This document shows, piece by piece, positions 16,061-26,295 of a stretch of 64,000 nt of DNA. The first letter of the stretch is position 1; every line of letters starts with the position of its first letter. A program made the position numbers and the translations under genes. The notes under the pieces are model-generated. The model saw nothing but the letters and a program-made list of their open reading frames with translations. It had not been told where the DNA came from and made no database searches. The DNA comes from a virus, in the IMG/VR virus record IMGVR_UViG_3300009104_000002, positions 64,001-128,000 of that record. One strand, written 5' to 3'.

Positions 16061-16896
16061 TCTACTTCCTGTAATTGTATGTGTGGTGTTCTTTCTATAA
16101 TATATCCAAAATCTTGTTCATAATCTGACGAGTATACTGCATATGTTATATTGACATTTTCTTTTGATTTTAATTTTATTTGATTTTTCAATCTCCTAAA
16201 TAGTTCTTTATCTGTTTTCAGCTTCTCCTCGCTTATACTATAAATATAGCATTTTTCACGAGAGTTGTCAAGGGAAAAAAACATTTTTTCTTCATTTTTT
16301 TCCACGTCGAAAAGCCCGATCGTGACAACGCGGTGGGTTTCTTTTGGTTTTTCAATTTTGCCAATGGCTGCATCTGTATTATAAAATACATTTATCATAT
16401 GGAAAACGGAAACAAGCGCTTCGTTTAGCTTATCATAATAACCGATAATTGGTGCGCCTCCCACTACCGAGTCAAGCACTGTATTGGAAACTAGGCAAAT
16501 TTTCTCAAAAACACCAGAGCGAGCATACTCTTGAAGCACGCCGAAAACTAATCTTTCTTGCATTTTTTGTGTCTGATTTAGCATTTCCAAATCTGGCTTG
16601 ATATAGAGGATAGAAATGGGCAAATGTTTGATGTTTTGAAGAATTTTTAAAGAAGCACAAGAGGCTTTGCCACCGCCGGCAACAACGAATGTAGTCTCCC
16701 CAACAATTCCCTTGAAAAAAGTTTTCATCTTTGGAAATTTATATGCTTCAAATTCTTCGGGCGCTTCAAAGCTTGGTATATTATAACATCCATCTCCAGA
16801 AATGCCGACATCTATTTTAAAAATTTTATATTGAGGATGCTGTGAGAGTTCATCTGCCACCTTGCACCCTGCAGATCCCAATCCTATAATATTCAT
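16057..16896 (-). CDS. divergent tubulin/FtsZ-family protein
   Basis: N-terminus NIIGLGSAGCKVADEL...IDVG (T1/T2 loops); VVAGGGKASCAS replaces GGGTGSG; LVSN; YYDKLNEAL. Confidence 0.7.
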   Translation of the reverse strand: MNIIGLGSAGCKVADELSQHPQYKIFKIDVGISGDGCYNIPSFEAPEEFEAYKFPKMKTFFKGIVGETTFVVAGGGKASCASLKILQNIKHLPISILYIKPDLEMLNQTQKMQERLVFGVLQEYARSGVFEKICLVSNTVLDSVVGGAPIIGYYDKLNEALVSVFHMINVFYNTDAAIGKIEKPKETHRVVTIGLFDVEKNEEKMFFSLDNSREKCYIYSISEEKLKTDKELFRRLKNQIKLKSKENVNITYAVYSSDYEQDFGYIIERTPHIQLQEVE

Positions 16897-16897
16897 T

Positions 16898-18079
16898 TCA
16901 CACCTCCAGCTTTCTTAGTCTTCCAAAATTATTGCCAACACCTATATTCACTTTAAATTTACCAAGAGCAGTGTTGGAGAAAATATCTATGATTTCTGGC
17001 AATTTTTCTTTGTCTTCACTAGAAAGGTCAAGTACAATAGAATCATGGATCGGGAAAGCAACATATGATTTACATCCTTTTAAATAATTAGACACCTTTA
17101 TCATTTGTCTCAGGACATTTTCTGCACAAGTGCTCTGAATAATATAGTTCAATGCAGTTCTTTCTGTCGAAGGAATCACCTTGTCCCAAAAGGTCGTCAC
17201 TTGGCCCTGAGTGAAGTATTTTTGTACCACCAACTCTCTATTGTACGCGCGTTCGCACATATGGTCGTCGCTTTCGGGGTTGTAGAGCCAAGCAAAAATT
17301 CTTTTTTTAGCCTCGTCCCTCGTTAGTGAGTCTTGAAATATGTTTTTAATATTCCACTCATGGATATCCCCCTCCGGCTGTTGCCTTCCCTGCAAAGAAA
17401 GCAGGGTTCTCAATTCCGCCGCATTAAAGTCCAATTCGACAAAATAATCATTATGTGGTTCGATTGTGCACCTAAGTTCCTTTTTAAGAGTCAAGATTGG
17501 AAAACTTCTAGGCTCTGTCGTCAATCTTCCCGTCTTTGTTCCAAAGATATTAAACTTGCACGAATGTTCAATCTTATTTAAGTTTTGTGCAAACTTTCTA
17601 TGTTCTGATTTAAACAAAGATAAATTCTTTGGGTTTATGTTTAATTTTCTGTATTTCATGTCTTCTAATATTTTAGACAGAGATACAAGATAATCATAAT
17701 TTATTGGACGACTATAGTAGTCAAAGACGTGTTCACATATTTTATTTTTAACCTGACAAAACTCTATGAGGAATTTTTTAGGAACCAAATCAAAAAAACA
17801 GTTCTCATCAAGCGATACACGAGCCGTATTAAATGATTTGATGAAAGCCTTGAGTTTGTTGCTTGCGTCTTCCCAGCGCTCCCTCAGGGCCTCTGGGCAT
17901 ACGATATCCAAGGACTTTCCTCCACAATAAAGCTTGGCATACTCAATCTCCCTTTCCTTGAGAAATCCCGAATATGACCAAGTGTGAGTCAGGTCGTGGG
18001 GAAGGTTTTCTCCAAAAATTAGATCACCATAGAAAATTCCAACACAATCCTTTTTGTCATCAAGCGTCTGAAAGAGCAA
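16898..18079 (-). CDS. family A DNA polymerase, polymerase domain only
   Basis: TKTGRLTT, motif A DFNAAELR, motif B RDEAKKRIFAWLY, LNYIIQSTCAE, motif C IHDSIV. Confidence 0.85.
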   Translation of the reverse strand: MLFQTLDDKKDCVGIFYGDLIFGENLPHDLTHTWSYSGFLKEREIEYAKLYCGGKSLDIVCPEALRERWEDASNKLKAFIKSFNTARVSLDENCFFDLVPKKFLIEFCQVKNKICEHVFDYYSRPINYDYLVSLSKILEDMKYRKLNINPKNLSLFKSEHRKFAQNLNKIEHSCKFNIFGTKTGRLTTEPRSFPILTLKKELRCTIEPHNDYFVELDFNAAELRTLLSLQGRQQPEGDIHEWNIKNIFQDSLTRDEAKKRIFAWLYNPESDDHMCERAYNRELVVQKYFTQGQVTTFWDKVIPSTERTALNYIIQSTCAENVLRQMIKVSNYLKGCKSYVAFPIHDSIVLDLSSEDKEKLPEIIDIFSNTALGKFKVNIGVGNNFGRLRKLEV

Positions 18080-18086
18080 TATTACC

Positions 18087-19346
18087 TCAGTATAATTCGT
18101 TAATGGATCTCTTTAATAATATTATAACATGTTCAGAGAAATTGTCAATACTTAAATTATTATTTTGCAAAAAATAATCCTCCAAAGTCGTTCTGGATGT
18201 GGATCCCTTCTGCAAAAACGGGAATCTAAATTTTTTGTCAATGTAATCATCTCGACCACGAGGAAGGTCTATTGCATTGAAAATTATTTTTTTAATTTCA
18301 GAATCGGTATATTGAAAGTCTGCTTCCTTATTCTTTACCTTGATATATTGCTTTATCCAATAGTTTTCTGTCAATACATCTCTTGAGACTTCAAGCTTGT
18401 CTGCTGATTTTCTATCGAATTTACATCTATTTTCCGTATAATATCCTTTTTTGTCGACCAAGTCATTATATCCCAAGATCACTGTCGATAACAAATATTC
18501 TATATCTCTTGTTCTTGCTCTCAAAAATCTGCTATTTAAGTATCTTTGTACAACATCGCCGGAACCTTTTAATTTTGATGAGTTAGCGGGAGATGATATA
18601 TCGAAATTAAGTCTCCAGGGAATATTTTTATCTATTAAGAAGCCCGCTTCACGAGCAGCATCTTTATAGAAATCAAAATTTATGCTATTTAAAATTATTT
18701 GCTTATCGGCATTTCTGGAAGGATCAAGGTCTGCGATCTCTATTGATAGGCCGGAATTCATAGCGGAAACATTCGAAGATAAAATATGTGATGTCTTTGT
18801 TAAGTATTTTATATCTTTCTCGCTCATGATATATAAAAAGAATTCCTTTGAATAATCTTTTATGTTTTTTATTTTATTTTCTGAACGATCTTGAAATAGT
18901 TTTTTATTAAAATTTTCAATAATATCTATTAAATATTTATTATATTCTATCATCGGATCCGAATAGGCTCTATAAATTTTTATATTTTCAAGATAATTGT
19001 CAGAAGAAAGTCGACCTGCCTTAGCTGCCGACTTGAAGAATCCTAAAAATTCCTGATATGAATCGGCCACTTCCGGCAACATATAAAAAAGGTCATCACC
19101 CTGCGAGATGTAACTCATATATTCCTGGATCGGCTCAATTACAGCCATGGTCTTGTCGACCTTTCCATAAAGAATATTTTCTTTTTTCCAATAATCTTTT
19201 ATTCCTGGAAATGTTTTTATATCTATATTTTTTGGGTCTATGTCTTGGGTTGTTGATAAGAAAAACAATTCATACAAGATCCTCTCATAAAATATATTTC
19301 GAGCATCTGTTGAATTAGTTGAAGTTAAGGTTATTGGTTTTGTCAT
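18087..19346 (-). CDS. hypothetical protein (419 aa), probably baseplate-associated
   Basis: Long ORF at the end of the baseplate block; no recognisable motif. Confidence 0.55.
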   Translation of the reverse strand: MTKPITLTSTNSTDARNIFYERILYELFFLSTTQDIDPKNIDIKTFPGIKDYWKKENILYGKVDKTMAVIEPIQEYMSYISQGDDLFYMLPEVADSYQEFLGFFKSAAKAGRLSSDNYLENIKIYRAYSDPMIEYNKYLIDIIENFNKKLFQDRSENKIKNIKDYSKEFFLYIMSEKDIKYLTKTSHILSSNVSAMNSGLSIEIADLDPSRNADKQIILNSINFDFYKDAAREAGFLIDKNIPWRLNFDISSPANSSKLKGSGDVVQRYLNSRFLRARTRDIEYLLSTVILGYNDLVDKKGYYTENRCKFDRKSADKLEVSRDVLTENYWIKQYIKVKNKEADFQYTDSEIKKIIFNAIDLPRGRDDYIDKKFRFPFLQKGSTSRTTLEDYFLQNNNLSIDNFSEHVIILLKRSINELY

Positions 19347-22153
19347 TAGCTATCTTCCGTTCCTGCGCCTGCCTTATCTGTTTCTGTAAACTTTGCTTTT
19401 CCATCGCCTGCGCTATTCCAAATTGCCTCGACCGAAGTTTCAAAAGTACCATCAGAAATAGAGTGATCAACTTTTGTTACAAAATGATAGCCTCCAAGTC
19501 CCATAATATTTGAAATGGATCCTTTTTTCCAGGGGCGCCCTATATCTCCCATAGAGGTTGGATTGACAAATATTAAAGATCCGGGCTCAACAACGATGTT
19601 TCCAAAGAGTTTTATGGTAACATTGAAGATGTTGGATAATATATTGAATGGACTAGAGGCATTTTCTACAAGTCTGTGTTCTCTGGCATATTCCCAGCTT
19701 AATTTTTCAAATGATATATTTTTCACAATTGATGTGGCCTCTCCCAGTTGAAAATGTGGAATTCCGCTTGCCTCATCTCTTTTTTTAGAATCGGCATATG
19801 TTCCAGTTATTTTTAAATCCAAGGCGCTGGGATTTGAATAGACAATCATTGCTGGAATATCCACTCCGGGTGCGAATTGTGCAAAGGGAGGATTCAGAAA
19901 GGAAGGATTCAGGCTCACCCTATTTGACTTGAGTGGGCCGAAATTGGCTCCGGTTAAAAAAGAACTTTTATTTTTATCAAACTCCAAATATGAAGTTCTA
20001 AAACTGCGGCTATCATCATTCTGACTATTCCAAAATTTTTCCAATTTATTTGAAACAATATATGCCATCAATTCTTTAATAAACATTCCCAAAGATTTTG
20101 TTTGGGTATCTTCGGAAATAATTTTATCATACATGAAGCTGGCGAATAATGACAAATGTATTGGAATATCTGCAATATTATAAGTTTTATTACCCACCTT
20201 AAAATCACACAAAATTGCCCTATAATTAGACAGGGGACCAATGGGGGTGCCACTCATTTTGGCAACCTCCTCGTTGGTACCTATTCTTATGGCTGCCTCA
20301 ATAATGTCTCCAAGGAATGTAAAATAAATACGATGCCTCCCATCATCCGCTTTTTCTGCATTTTCGAAAAGAACATTGGAAGACCCAGCATCGACCGCCT
20401 GTTGCAAATAATGGATGGAATCTGTGGCGCTGCCAGGTATCGGGATGGCGGGTATTAGCGGCTGCTCAGATTTTATTATATCGACTAGAGATAAATCCGA
20501 AAAATATATTGAATTTTCTTCTGTCAACTCATTTAGCATCCTTTGGTATGCCTCTTTTTTGGAATCAGATATTAGTTTTGTCCTTTCGTCCTTAAGCTCA
20601 TTCCTTTCATCCTTGTCTCCTGCTTCGTCAATTTTATCCTGCAAATTGTTTATTTTTCTAACCGTGGGGACTTCCGGAGCTACAACATTTATTAATTTAT
20701 CTCTTGCTAGCGACTCGCTTCTTGCTCGATAATCTATTTGAAGCTCGACGGTTCCGGACCCTCCCTCATCGAATGATATAGAATAATCTTCCATTGTCAA
20801 CAACAAAGAGACAGAGTTATCTTCTATTATTCTCTTTTCCCCCGGAGTCGCAGAATTCGGAATCTCCCACCCTGCTTCAACCAAAATATCTTGCTGATAT
20901 TTTCCTTTATTTGGCTTTGCTTTCGAATTTTCGTCTGTCGCCAAAAGAAGATCAAGATATTTATATTTTCCGGCTCCAGAGTCCCTCTCGACAGTTAATT
21001 GTGCGAAGTCCTGAAAATACAAGACAAGGGATGCCGTTATGTCTCGATTGGCCGAATATGTGTCGGTTCCAATATAGCTCCATGAAAAGGATTTTATACC
21101 AAAGCCAGCCCTAGTTTTATAGAATGTTCCCGTCGTAGTTGTCGCACTATAATTGAAAATATCTTTGATATCTGGCTGATATTGGCCTCCCTTGCCGACT
21201 CCAGTACTAAAAGGAAACGGTATGGGAATAATTGTTGTTTTTTTGTCTTTGTAGGATACTTTAGAGAGTTTTATCCTTGGCACCAAAGAAGATAGAGTTT
21301 TTGTACTCAATGTTGCTATTTTTGCTGCTTCGCTCCTTTGTGAGAGCTTTCCAATTGGATTTTCACTGCTGTCTTCAAGGGGAACTGTTTTTGTATACTG
21401 GATGGCCTGGGCGATGAGCGGGGGGTGTCCGGGGTTTCGGCGCGCAGAATAAGGCGATAAAATTGGCATTTGCTGAAGCAGATATCGCTGTGGTCCAAAT
21501 TTTAAAGCTGATGCCAACTCCAGCTCAAGTGCCTCTGTTGCTGCTGTATCCTCTTCTTCATCGGATGGGCCTGGTATTGGATTTCCGTCTGAATCTGTTT
21601 TCGGCTCGTCAGGTGGCACAATTCCTTTTTCTTTCAGTACTTTCTCAAGTAATTTTTTTTCTTCCTCATCTGCTAAAAATTTCTTAACAGCTTCGTCTTC
21701 AACCGCAGCATTGTCAACATTATCAACTATCTCGGTTGCTCTTTCTTTTGCCTCCACTCTTGCCTTTGTTGTTTGATATGTTCCTATCAAATCTAACAAT
21801 TCATCGTCATTTAATTTCGAAGGGAGGGCGTTATTGACATCAAGAATTTTTATAATCGCTTCCGCATCTTCGCCATAAATGCCCCTTGCAACGGAAGCTG
21901 CGATTTTGGGATTGGAAGACAAGCTCTTCATTGTCGCAAGATTTGCCTTATCAATCGAGGCTTTGGTTGGGTCGAGGGTGGCCAAGGCACTGTGAAGGGC
22001 AGACGACCCTTGTGTGACACCTTCTTGCTTGGCTGGATTGCCGTCACTCCAATAACTAGGCGAAGTTGCTTCTGAATCAATTTTTTGCAAATCACCTTCA
22101 AATCCAGGAATTTGTGATAAAAATATTAATTTGTCTTTTGGAGTGAGTGCCAT
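19346..22153 (-). CDS. baseplate hub-like protein (gp27/gpD-like C-terminus)
   Basis: C-terminus NVTIKLFGNIVVEPGSLIFV...GGYHFVTKVDHSISDGTFETSVEA; synteny after the LysM-like wedge gene. Confidence 0.55.
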   Translation of the reverse strand: MALTPKDKLIFLSQIPGFEGDLQKIDSEATSPSYWSDGNPAKQEGVTQGSSALHSALATLDPTKASIDKANLATMKSLSSNPKIAASVARGIYGEDAEAIIKILDVNNALPSKLNDDELLDLIGTYQTTKARVEAKERATEIVDNVDNAAVEDEAVKKFLADEEEKKLLEKVLKEKGIVPPDEPKTDSDGNPIPGPSDEEEDTAATEALELELASALKFGPQRYLLQQMPILSPYSARRNPGHPPLIAQAIQYTKTVPLEDSSENPIGKLSQRSEAAKIATLSTKTLSSLVPRIKLSKVSYKDKKTTIIPIPFPFSTGVGKGGQYQPDIKDIFNYSATTTTGTFYKTRAGFGIKSFSWSYIGTDTYSANRDITASLVLYFQDFAQLTVERDSGAGKYKYLDLLLATDENSKAKPNKGKYQQDILVEAGWEIPNSATPGEKRIIEDNSVSLLLTMEDYSISFDEGGSGTVELQIDYRARSESLARDKLINVVAPEVPTVRKINNLQDKIDEAGDKDERNELKDERTKLISDSKKEAYQRMLNELTEENSIYFSDLSLVDIIKSEQPLIPAIPIPGSATDSIHYLQQAVDAGSSNVLFENAEKADDGRHRIYFTFLGDIIEAAIRIGTNEEVAKMSGTPIGPLSNYRAILCDFKVGNKTYNIADIPIHLSLFASFMYDKIISEDTQTKSLGMFIKELMAYIVSNKLEKFWNSQNDDSRSFRTSYLEFDKNKSSFLTGANFGPLKSNRVSLNPSFLNPPFAQFAPGVDIPAMIVYSNPSALDLKITGTYADSKKRDEASGIPHFQLGEATSIVKNISFEKLSWEYAREHRLVENASSPFNILSNIFNVTIKLFGNIVVEPGSLIFVNPTSMGDIGRPWKKGSISNIMGLGGYHFVTKVDHSISDGTFETSVEAIWNSAGDGKAKFTETDKAGAGTEDS

Positions 22154-22162
22154 TTGGTATCC

Positions 22163-22504
22163 CTATATATTAAAATAATCTAAAATTTGCTCAACAGAAA
22201 GGGGGACATAATAAATATCACCTACTTTAAAGTGAGAATCAGTTGGCTTTTGATTAAATTGAGCTATCACCCACCAATACTTTGAATCACCATATGCCTC
22301 ATATGCCAATTTATATAATTTATCTCCCACTTTCCACCTGCGAGTTTCAAATGTTATTCTTTCCATATCTTCGGTAGATGGATAGAAAACAGTCCTTGTC
22401 TTAAACTGACGAATATTTCTGACACCTCTTTCTTTGAAAACGTCATCATACATTTCGTTATCATTTATAATTATATCTGATTTTGAGTATCTTGAAAGTG
22501 GCAT
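22163..22504 (-). CDS. baseplate protein with LysM-like fold (gp53/tail protein X-like)
   Basis: WKVGDKLYKLAYEAYGDSKYWWVIAQFN...GDIYYVP. Confidence 0.75.
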   Translation of the reverse strand: MPLSRYSKSDIIINDNEMYDDVFKERGVRNIRQFKTRTVFYPSTEDMERITFETRRWKVGDKLYKLAYEAYGDSKYWWVIAQFNQKPTDSHFKVGDIYYVPLSVEQILDYFNI

Positions 22505-22515
22505 GTTTTTAGTCC

Positions 22516-23148
22516 TTATGTAGTTTTAGCTAAAATTCCATCTTGGAGTGCGGCGAGGACCGGCCGGTTCTCCCGGTCGCCGAACCCACCGACGCCGGCT
22601 GAGTTGTCGTTGTCGACGGGTGGCGGGTCGGTGTCGGTGTCGGGGATGGGGGGCTCGCCAACAACATTTGCAGACAATGTTACAAGAATTTTTTGCGGGA
22701 CGAGTCCGGAGTCACCAATGACACCAAACGAGCCGTCAATGTCTCGGATTACCTGCTCTTCCTTCCTTGCCCGGTCTCCAAAATCAAAAGAAATATTGGT
22801 TGGGGCACAATAAACATCAATCCAGGGAATCTCGGCGCCGAAAGGAAACGTAACCCTCCAGAGCGGCGCTTCCTTGATGACGCCGCCATCATAGAATGCG
22901 CGGGAAATCATTCTTCGCATATATGTTAAATTGTCAAACAGAACTTTATCGGGACTATTCACCGGCCACGCAAGCGAAAAACTATCATCGGAAGATTTAT
23001 ATGTTTGTATAGGATCCCTTCTTCCATAAACGCTCTGTGAGTCCCACTGCATATTAGTGGTGACATTCAGAGAATCAATTCCAGTATCGAAATCATAATA
23101 AACATCCGGACTAGGCAGATATTGTAGTCGTAATATATTTTTTGCCAT
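22516..23148 (-). CDS. tail tube initiator/baseplate tube-like protein
   Basis: WDSQSVYGRRDPIQTY...FSLAW; lies immediately after the tape measure gene. Confidence 0.55.
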   Translation of the reverse strand: MAKNILRLQYLPSPDVYYDFDTGIDSLNVTTNMQWDSQSVYGRRDPIQTYKSSDDSFSLAWPVNSPDKVLFDNLTYMRRMISRAFYDGGVIKEAPLWRVTFPFGAEIPWIDVYCAPTNISFDFGDRARKEEQVIRDIDGSFGVIGDSGLVPQKILVTLSANVVGEPPIPDTDTDPPPVDNDNSAGVGGFGDRENRPVLAALQDGILAKTT

Positions 23149-25941
23149 TTATTTTACTCCCTTCGCGGGCGTGTGGCCCAGCATTTTTGCAACGTTAATG
23201 GGCTTCCCTGCCTGTTGAAGATCGAAGCCCCTTGATACAAAATTAAATAGTGCTGTTGGGCTAAAAATTGTATCTATTGCTATTTTTCCTTCAAGCGGCG
23301 GGGCACCCTTCCAGGCTTCCACGATTTGCTTGCTCACCTCTTTTCCAATTGCTTCTGCAAGAAGTTGTCTTTCTTCTTCTTTTGATATATTGTCTGTTTT
23401 TGAACCCTTGACTATTGCTTCTCCGGTCACTGATCCACTTACTTCTGCGCCGAAAGCCGCTCCAGTAAGAGAGGATATCATACCAAAGGCTTTTCCAAAA
23501 ATACTATTTTTAAATACATATTCTGCAAACTCTCTCATTTTATCAAGCAACATGGCCAGCGGACGGAGGGGGGCTGCGATCGCTTCTCCCAATATTCCAA
23601 AGCGCGCTGCCGTCATATCAAGCAACTCCAAAAGGCCCGGACTGGCAAGTTTATCAGCAAGGCCGACGCCCAACGCTTGGATTGATGAAAATACCCAGTT
23701 TATCGCAGCAGCGACTCTTTCGGCGGCTTCGGTGAATTTGTCAAACGCCTCGGCCGTGAAAATAAATTGATCGGCAAAATCTCTCCACTTCTGGAGGAGC
23801 CAAGTAACTATCTTCAAGAGCACCGTCGCTATGGACACGAAGACGATAAGGGGCGATAAAAGAATCAAGGCGGCGGTGGCAAGCGCGCCAAGAATCACTT
23901 TCCAGGCTCCCGATTTCATAATGAGGATATCTAAACTTTCTATCACAGGCATAAGTATCTCGTACAGCGTCAGAACGTTATCTATGACGGCATATACCAC
24001 ATGTTCCAATGCCCACAAAACAATATTACCAAAAGTCTCGAATGCGGTTCCGGCACCCTGTGTCGAATCTCCAAGCTCCCCGAATCTCTTTTGCAATTCT
24101 TTTATTCTTGGCTGGAGAGGTTTTATTATTTTCATAAACCCGTCCACAATTTCCTGCCAATATATAAATACTTGGATCCAAGCATATGTCATAGCGGCTG
24201 CGATTCCCATCGTCCAACCAAGTGGACCGGACAGGAGGGCGAAAACGGCCAATAAGCCAATGATGGCAATCTTCAAGCCACTTGCAGCAAGATTTGTGGA
24301 ATCAAAAATAACTCCCAGATTTCCCAAGTAAGAATACACGAGTCCAGCCGTGGCAGCGATGCCGGCGGCTAAAACAGCAAGAGCCGCAACCACCAATTGG
24401 ATGATTGTGACGATGCCAACGCTGGCAACACCAGCCCAAAACATTATTGCGATAATGCCAGCTATAACTATCAGAGAAAATGCCGTGAATGCCGCTGCCA
24501 TTCCTGCCAGGACCAACTTAAAGGATGGCGCATAATTTATAATTCTGATTAGGCCCATTGTGAAATTTTTAATGCCGTTTATTACTGGCCCAAGTTGAAT
24601 TACAATTTGCCTTATTAATATTTCCATTGTTTCCACAATGGTATTATAATCAGCAGTTTGTTTTGCGAGATTGACAATCTCGGATGATGTTTTCTTGATG
24701 GCGCCAGGGAGCAAATCAAATTCCCCTCGCATAACCAAGGCAAGCTCATTAACATCGCTTAGTCCCATACTGGTTGCTATCATTTTTCTTTCATAATATT
24801 CCATATTATCAAAAGATCTTCCAGCTGAGTTTATTGCGTCTGCCATCTTTTTCATTCTTTCTGTGGGGTCCGTTGTGGTAACCATTTCTAGGGTACTCAA
24901 GTATGGTCCGCCGAGGGCTGCGTTCAATCTTCCAACAGCTTCTGCTGCTGTATCAAACTTATCAAATTTCTCTGTAATATTTAACATCTGTTCGACGGAC
25001 ATGCCAGACGCCCTTGCATTTACTGCCAATTTTTGAAAAACATCTGTTGCGCTGGAACCGAATGCTGCCAGTCTCGGCATTGCGGCAGTAAAATCTTGGG
25101 CCATCTGCTGCGGTGGCATACCAATTGCCCGCGCAAGAACAAAGAGATCTCTGTTTGTCCTATTCGCTTGTCGTGCAGATTTTCCCAATACCTTTGTCAT
25201 AAATTGAAAATTTTCTGTTGTTATGTCGGATTCGACGCCCAACTCATTTAATATAGCAGTTGTTTCGCCAAGCTCTTTTCTGGATGCTTTTGACATCTTA
25301 TTCAGGTCCGTAACATTTGTTGTCATAGACGTATAACTTTTTGCGACATCGCCTATGAGGACATTGTATTTCATCATATCTTTTTCAAGATTTGTTATTT
25401 CCCTTCCATATAAATCAAAGGCGCCGGTCTGTCTGTTGAAAGCAACCAAGGCGTCGTCGGTTGCAACCGCAAGTTCAGCAGTGCCAATGATCAGCGTGGA
25501 TAATGCTCTCGTAGACAGATTAAAAGCTGCAGCTGCCGCTATGGAGGCGGCGCCACCCTCCTTTAAACCTTTGATAAGATTCTTTCGGGCTTTTGCGCTC
25601 TTTAACGTTAGTGCTATGTCTTGCGAGATGCTATTAAGGAAGTTACTTTGGATTCCCAGGGCCTTCTGTACTCGATCTCCATATTCCCCCATTGCCTTCT
25701 CAGCTTTTGCAACGGAGTCAGCTGCGCTGTCTGCAAGGGCACTAAACGACCCAAGAGAGCCGCCAAGTTCTGATATAACTTTTTCAAGGGCTTCACCACC
25801 CTCTGATCCATCTGCGAGGGCTGCCGTCATCGTCACCAATGCTTTAACCAAAGGAGGCATAGTCGCATCTAATTTTTCCAACGCTTCTGTAAGGCGAATG
25901 ACTACTGCTGGATCTAACTGTAGGTTATTACCGTTTGCCAT
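23149..25941 (-). CDS. tail tape measure protein
   Basis: 930 aa, Ala/Leu-rich helical protein with hydrophobic TM-like stretches; follows the tail assembly chaperone. Confidence 0.85.
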   Translation of the reverse strand: MANGNNLQLDPAVVIRLTEALEKLDATMPPLVKALVTMTAALADGSEGGEALEKVISELGGSLGSFSALADSAADSVAKAEKAMGEYGDRVQKALGIQSNFLNSISQDIALTLKSAKARKNLIKGLKEGGAASIAAAAAFNLSTRALSTLIIGTAELAVATDDALVAFNRQTGAFDLYGREITNLEKDMMKYNVLIGDVAKSYTSMTTNVTDLNKMSKASRKELGETTAILNELGVESDITTENFQFMTKVLGKSARQANRTNRDLFVLARAIGMPPQQMAQDFTAAMPRLAAFGSSATDVFQKLAVNARASGMSVEQMLNITEKFDKFDTAAEAVGRLNAALGGPYLSTLEMVTTTDPTERMKKMADAINSAGRSFDNMEYYERKMIATSMGLSDVNELALVMRGEFDLLPGAIKKTSSEIVNLAKQTADYNTIVETMEILIRQIVIQLGPVINGIKNFTMGLIRIINYAPSFKLVLAGMAAAFTAFSLIVIAGIIAIMFWAGVASVGIVTIIQLVVAALAVLAAGIAATAGLVYSYLGNLGVIFDSTNLAASGLKIAIIGLLAVFALLSGPLGWTMGIAAAMTYAWIQVFIYWQEIVDGFMKIIKPLQPRIKELQKRFGELGDSTQGAGTAFETFGNIVLWALEHVVYAVIDNVLTLYEILMPVIESLDILIMKSGAWKVILGALATAALILLSPLIVFVSIATVLLKIVTWLLQKWRDFADQFIFTAEAFDKFTEAAERVAAAINWVFSSIQALGVGLADKLASPGLLELLDMTAARFGILGEAIAAPLRPLAMLLDKMREFAEYVFKNSIFGKAFGMISSLTGAAFGAEVSGSVTGEAIVKGSKTDNISKEEERQLLAEAIGKEVSKQIVEAWKGAPPLEGKIAIDTIFSPTALFNFVSRGFDLQQAGKPINVAKMLGHTPAKGVK

Positions 25942-25953
25942 AGATTATTACCC

Positions 25954-26280
25954 TCATTTAAACGGCCACTTGATTCCTGTCGTCTTTTCAAATGCCTTTG
26001 TTGCTTTTTGTAAAACAGATTTCTGCCTATATGTTTTTGGATTGTTTAATCCGTGGCGCGTGACAGCTTCTATATATTTCTTTTCTCCACCAATTGCACG
26101 AGCGAATGCCTTGATGTCTGCTGGCTTGCCCTTTATTTTGCTCCCAGAGCTAAAAATTGGAGCGCCAAACATTTGCTTAAGGACAAGCTGAATAATACTT
26201 CCATACATTCTCAAGAAACTCTCGTTGAGCATGTCTTCGTTTTTCTTCATTTCTTCTAAATCTATTTCTATTTCTTGCAT
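25954..26280 (-). CDS. hypothetical tail-region protein (108 aa)
   Basis: ORF with SD between the tube paralogue and the tape measure gene. Confidence 0.6.
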   Translation of the reverse strand: MQEIEIDLEEMKKNEDMLNESFLRMYGSIIQLVLKQMFGAPIFSSGSKIKGKPADIKAFARAIGGEKKYIEAVTRHGLNNPKTYRQKSVLQKATKAFEKTTGIKWPFK

Positions 26281-26295
26281 TTACTTTGTTCCTTA

